16,720 bases of DNA, from NCBI GenBank assembly GCA_037924335.1, contig JAXSMZ010000030.1, positions 1 through 16,720 of the forward strand, written 5' to 3'. The notes below the pieces were generated by a model, which was not told the origin of the DNA, did no database searches, and saw only the letters and a list, made by a program, of their open reading frames with translations. Both the position numbers and the translations under genes were made by a program. The DNA comes from Aquificaceae bacterium (GTDB lineage: Bacteria; Aquificota; Aquificia; Aquificales; Aquificaceae). Below, piece after piece: positions 15,269 through 16,720 of this stretch (position 1 is the stretch's first letter; each line of letters opens with the position of its first letter).

Positions 15269-16201
15269 AGTCTCTATACTAAGCGTAAAAATCATCAGTA
15301 AAGTATTTCACCCTTTCCTTCTTAAACTCCCTCTTGGAGAAGAGGACCTTGTAATCTTTTAAGGACAACTCTTCCGCTGTTTTCTTGACAAGGGCTTCTA
15401 CCTCATCTCTGTCTCTTCCATGAACCATAGAGAAAAGGTTATACTTCCAAACACTGTTGGTGGTTCGCTCGTAGCAATGAGAAACTCCCTTAAAGCCTGC
15501 TATGAACCTCCCAACTTCTTCAACCTTCTCTTTCTCCACATTCCATACAGCCATTCCGTTGGCAGTAAAACCTGCCCTTCTATGGAAGATTATGGCACCT
15601 ATCCTTCGGAGAACACCACCTATTTTGAAAAGGTTCATCAGTTTTATAAGCTCTTTTTCTTCCATATTAAGTTTTTTCGCCCATTCAAGGAAGGGTCTTT
15701 TAACAAGTGGCATATCCTCCTGGGTTACTCTTACCACCTCTATCTCCTTCTCCCCAAGTGGTTTGTAAACAAGCTCCCTCTCTTCTACTTCCTCTCTTTC
15801 TCCAATGTTTCCATAAGTTAGTCTGACCCCAATCTTAAACATTCTAGAGGAACATCAGGAGGAACAGCAAGGGTAAACCAAAGGTTGAATTCGTCTTCTC
15901 TCTCATAATTATGGCTTACACCTGGGTGGGAGTTCACAATGTTTACCACATTTTCCAGACTCCCAGCTTGAACTCTAAAAGCAATAAGAGATGAGTCATA
16001 TCCGAGCATTCTTGTATCATATATGGGAGAAATCTGTCTGATGATTTTCTCCTGCTTTAAGGTTTTAAGCATCTCAATAACATCCTCTTCCCCCATCCCG
16101 ATCCTGTTCCCTATAAGTAAAAAAGGTCTCTGAACGATCGGTATCTCCTGCTGAACCTCTTTAAGCAAGCTTTTATACTCTTCTATTATTGATTTGTCCA
16201 T
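15243..16201 (-). pseudogene. Fused siroheme decarboxylase NirDL/AhbAB (AsnC/Lrp-like fold), disrupted
   Basis: Half 1 (from ATG 16201): RPF..IG, IIRQISPIYD, HPGVSHNYER, FNLWFT. Half 2 in another frame: FKIGV, RPF, HRRAGFTANGM, GVSHCYER, YNLFSMVHG. Frameshifted junction at ~15840-15848; probable nonsense TAG at 15281..15279 with the frame open to TGA at 15245..15243. Confidence 0.85.
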
Positions 16202-16254
16202 TGCCAAGTATGAAATATAAACTTTTGTATGTAATTGACAACTCACTTCAATCT

Positions 16255-16283
16255 TTAGCTTTATTGGTAGAGGTGTGTATAAT
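16255..16283 (+). promoter_or_regulatory. Probable tRNA promoter
   Basis: TTAGCT, 17 nt, TATAAT (16278-16283), 17 nt upstream of the tRNA. Confidence 0.55.
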
Positions 16284-16300
16284 ATTAATATTGACCTGCA

Positions 16301-16372
16301 GGGCGATTAGCTCAGAGGCAGAGCGCTATCCTCACACGGTGGAGGTCGGAGGTTCAAGTCCTCCATTGCCCA
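16301..16372 (+). tRNA. tRNA-Val(CAC), CCA not encoded
   Basis: Cloverleaf: acceptor GGGCGAT/ATTGCCC, D arm GCTC/GAGC, anticodon arm CTATC-CTCACAC-GGTGG (CAC at 16333-16335), T arm GGAGG-TTCAAGT-CCTCC, discriminator A followed by TTAT. Confidence 0.93.
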
Positions 16373-16391
16373 TTATCTACAAAGTTCAATA

Positions 16392-16405
16392 TTGACAAAT
16401 ATCAT
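16392..16405 (+). promoter_or_regulatory. FNR/DNR-like box overlapping a TTGACA -35 upstream of the hydrogenase gene
   Basis: TTGAC-AAAT-ATCAT matches TTGAT-N4-ATCAA at 8/10; TATGTT lies 16 nt after TTGACA. Confidence 0.4.
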
Positions 16406-16448
16406 ATTCTGTCTATGTTTTAAGCATAACTACCTAAAGGAGGCTAAG

Positions 16449-16720
16449 ATGGAAAGCCTTTATCACATATACAAAAGGAGGGGATACACAAGGAGAGATT
16501 TCTTAACTTCCGCCATTGCTCTTTCTACCGCCCTTGGCTTATCCTCTTCCTTACTGCCAAAGGTCGTCAAAGCCCTTGAGGTAAAACCAAAGCCTGTGGT
16601 GATATGGCTTGAGTTTCAGGACTGTGCAGGTTGCACCGAATCCTTTATAAGAAGCACAAGCCTATTACCCACCGATGTGCTTTTAGATTATCTATCTCTT
16701 GAATACCATGAAACCCTCAT
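16449..16720 (+). CDS. Group 1 [NiFe]-hydrogenase small subunit with Tat signal (5' partial, runs off the window)
   Basis: Not in the ORF track. AGGAGG at 16438-16443; MESLYHIYKRRGYTRRDFL (twin-arginine) ... VIWLEFQDCAGCTESFIRS ... LSLEYHETL. Confidence 0.95.
   Translation, partial: MESLYHIYKRRGYTRRDFLTSAIALSTALGLSSSLLPKVVKALEVKPKPVVIWLEFQDCAGCTESFIRSTSLLPTDVLLDYLSLEYHETL

Noticed and set aside
16340..16372. tRNA 3' end as an attachment site for an island
   Set aside because: No second copy of the tRNA 3' end and no integrase were seen in the window.
1790..16395. Shadow ORFs from the track (e.g. 1790-1987, 2254-2706, 2654-2950, 3823-4017, 7736-8101, 9108-9494, 10036-10437, 13896-14213, 14303-14683, 15420-15821, 16189-16395)
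   Set aside because: They overlap well-supported genes or the tRNA on the opposite strand or another frame and show no recognisable motifs.

Overview
Chromosomal window from an Aquificaceae-like thermophile (Hydrogenobacter/Thermocrinis-type gene content; taxonomy is inferred). Left to right: (1) an AT-rich MvaI/BcnI-family type II restriction-modification pair, bracketed by a 23-bp direct repeat (40-62 and 2191-2213) with a promoter-like -35 next to each copy, suggesting a recombinase-addressed defence cassette; (2) a partial type II secretion operon gspE-gspL-gspM-gspK with an overlapping CPBP intramembrane protease, then a double-DUF202 protein; (3) an orphan SdhA/FrdA flavoprotein followed by a candidate ~54-nt minus-strand small RNA with its own promoter and terminator; (4) secA; (5) a 170-bp protein-free IS200/IS605 mini-element (11997-12166) that looks like a promoter plus TnpB omegaRNA scaffold, inserted at the convergent secA/tsaC ends so that SecA is unchanged and TsaC gains a new 29-aa tail; (6) tsaC, thrC and a small coiled-coil ORF; (7) two neighbouring pseudogenes (HDAC-family deacetylase; fused NirDL/AhbAB siroheme decarboxylase); (8) tRNA-Val(CAC) and the start of a Tat-exported [NiFe]-hydrogenase small subunit. 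Several genes appear leaderless. All calls come from reading the sequence; no searches were run.
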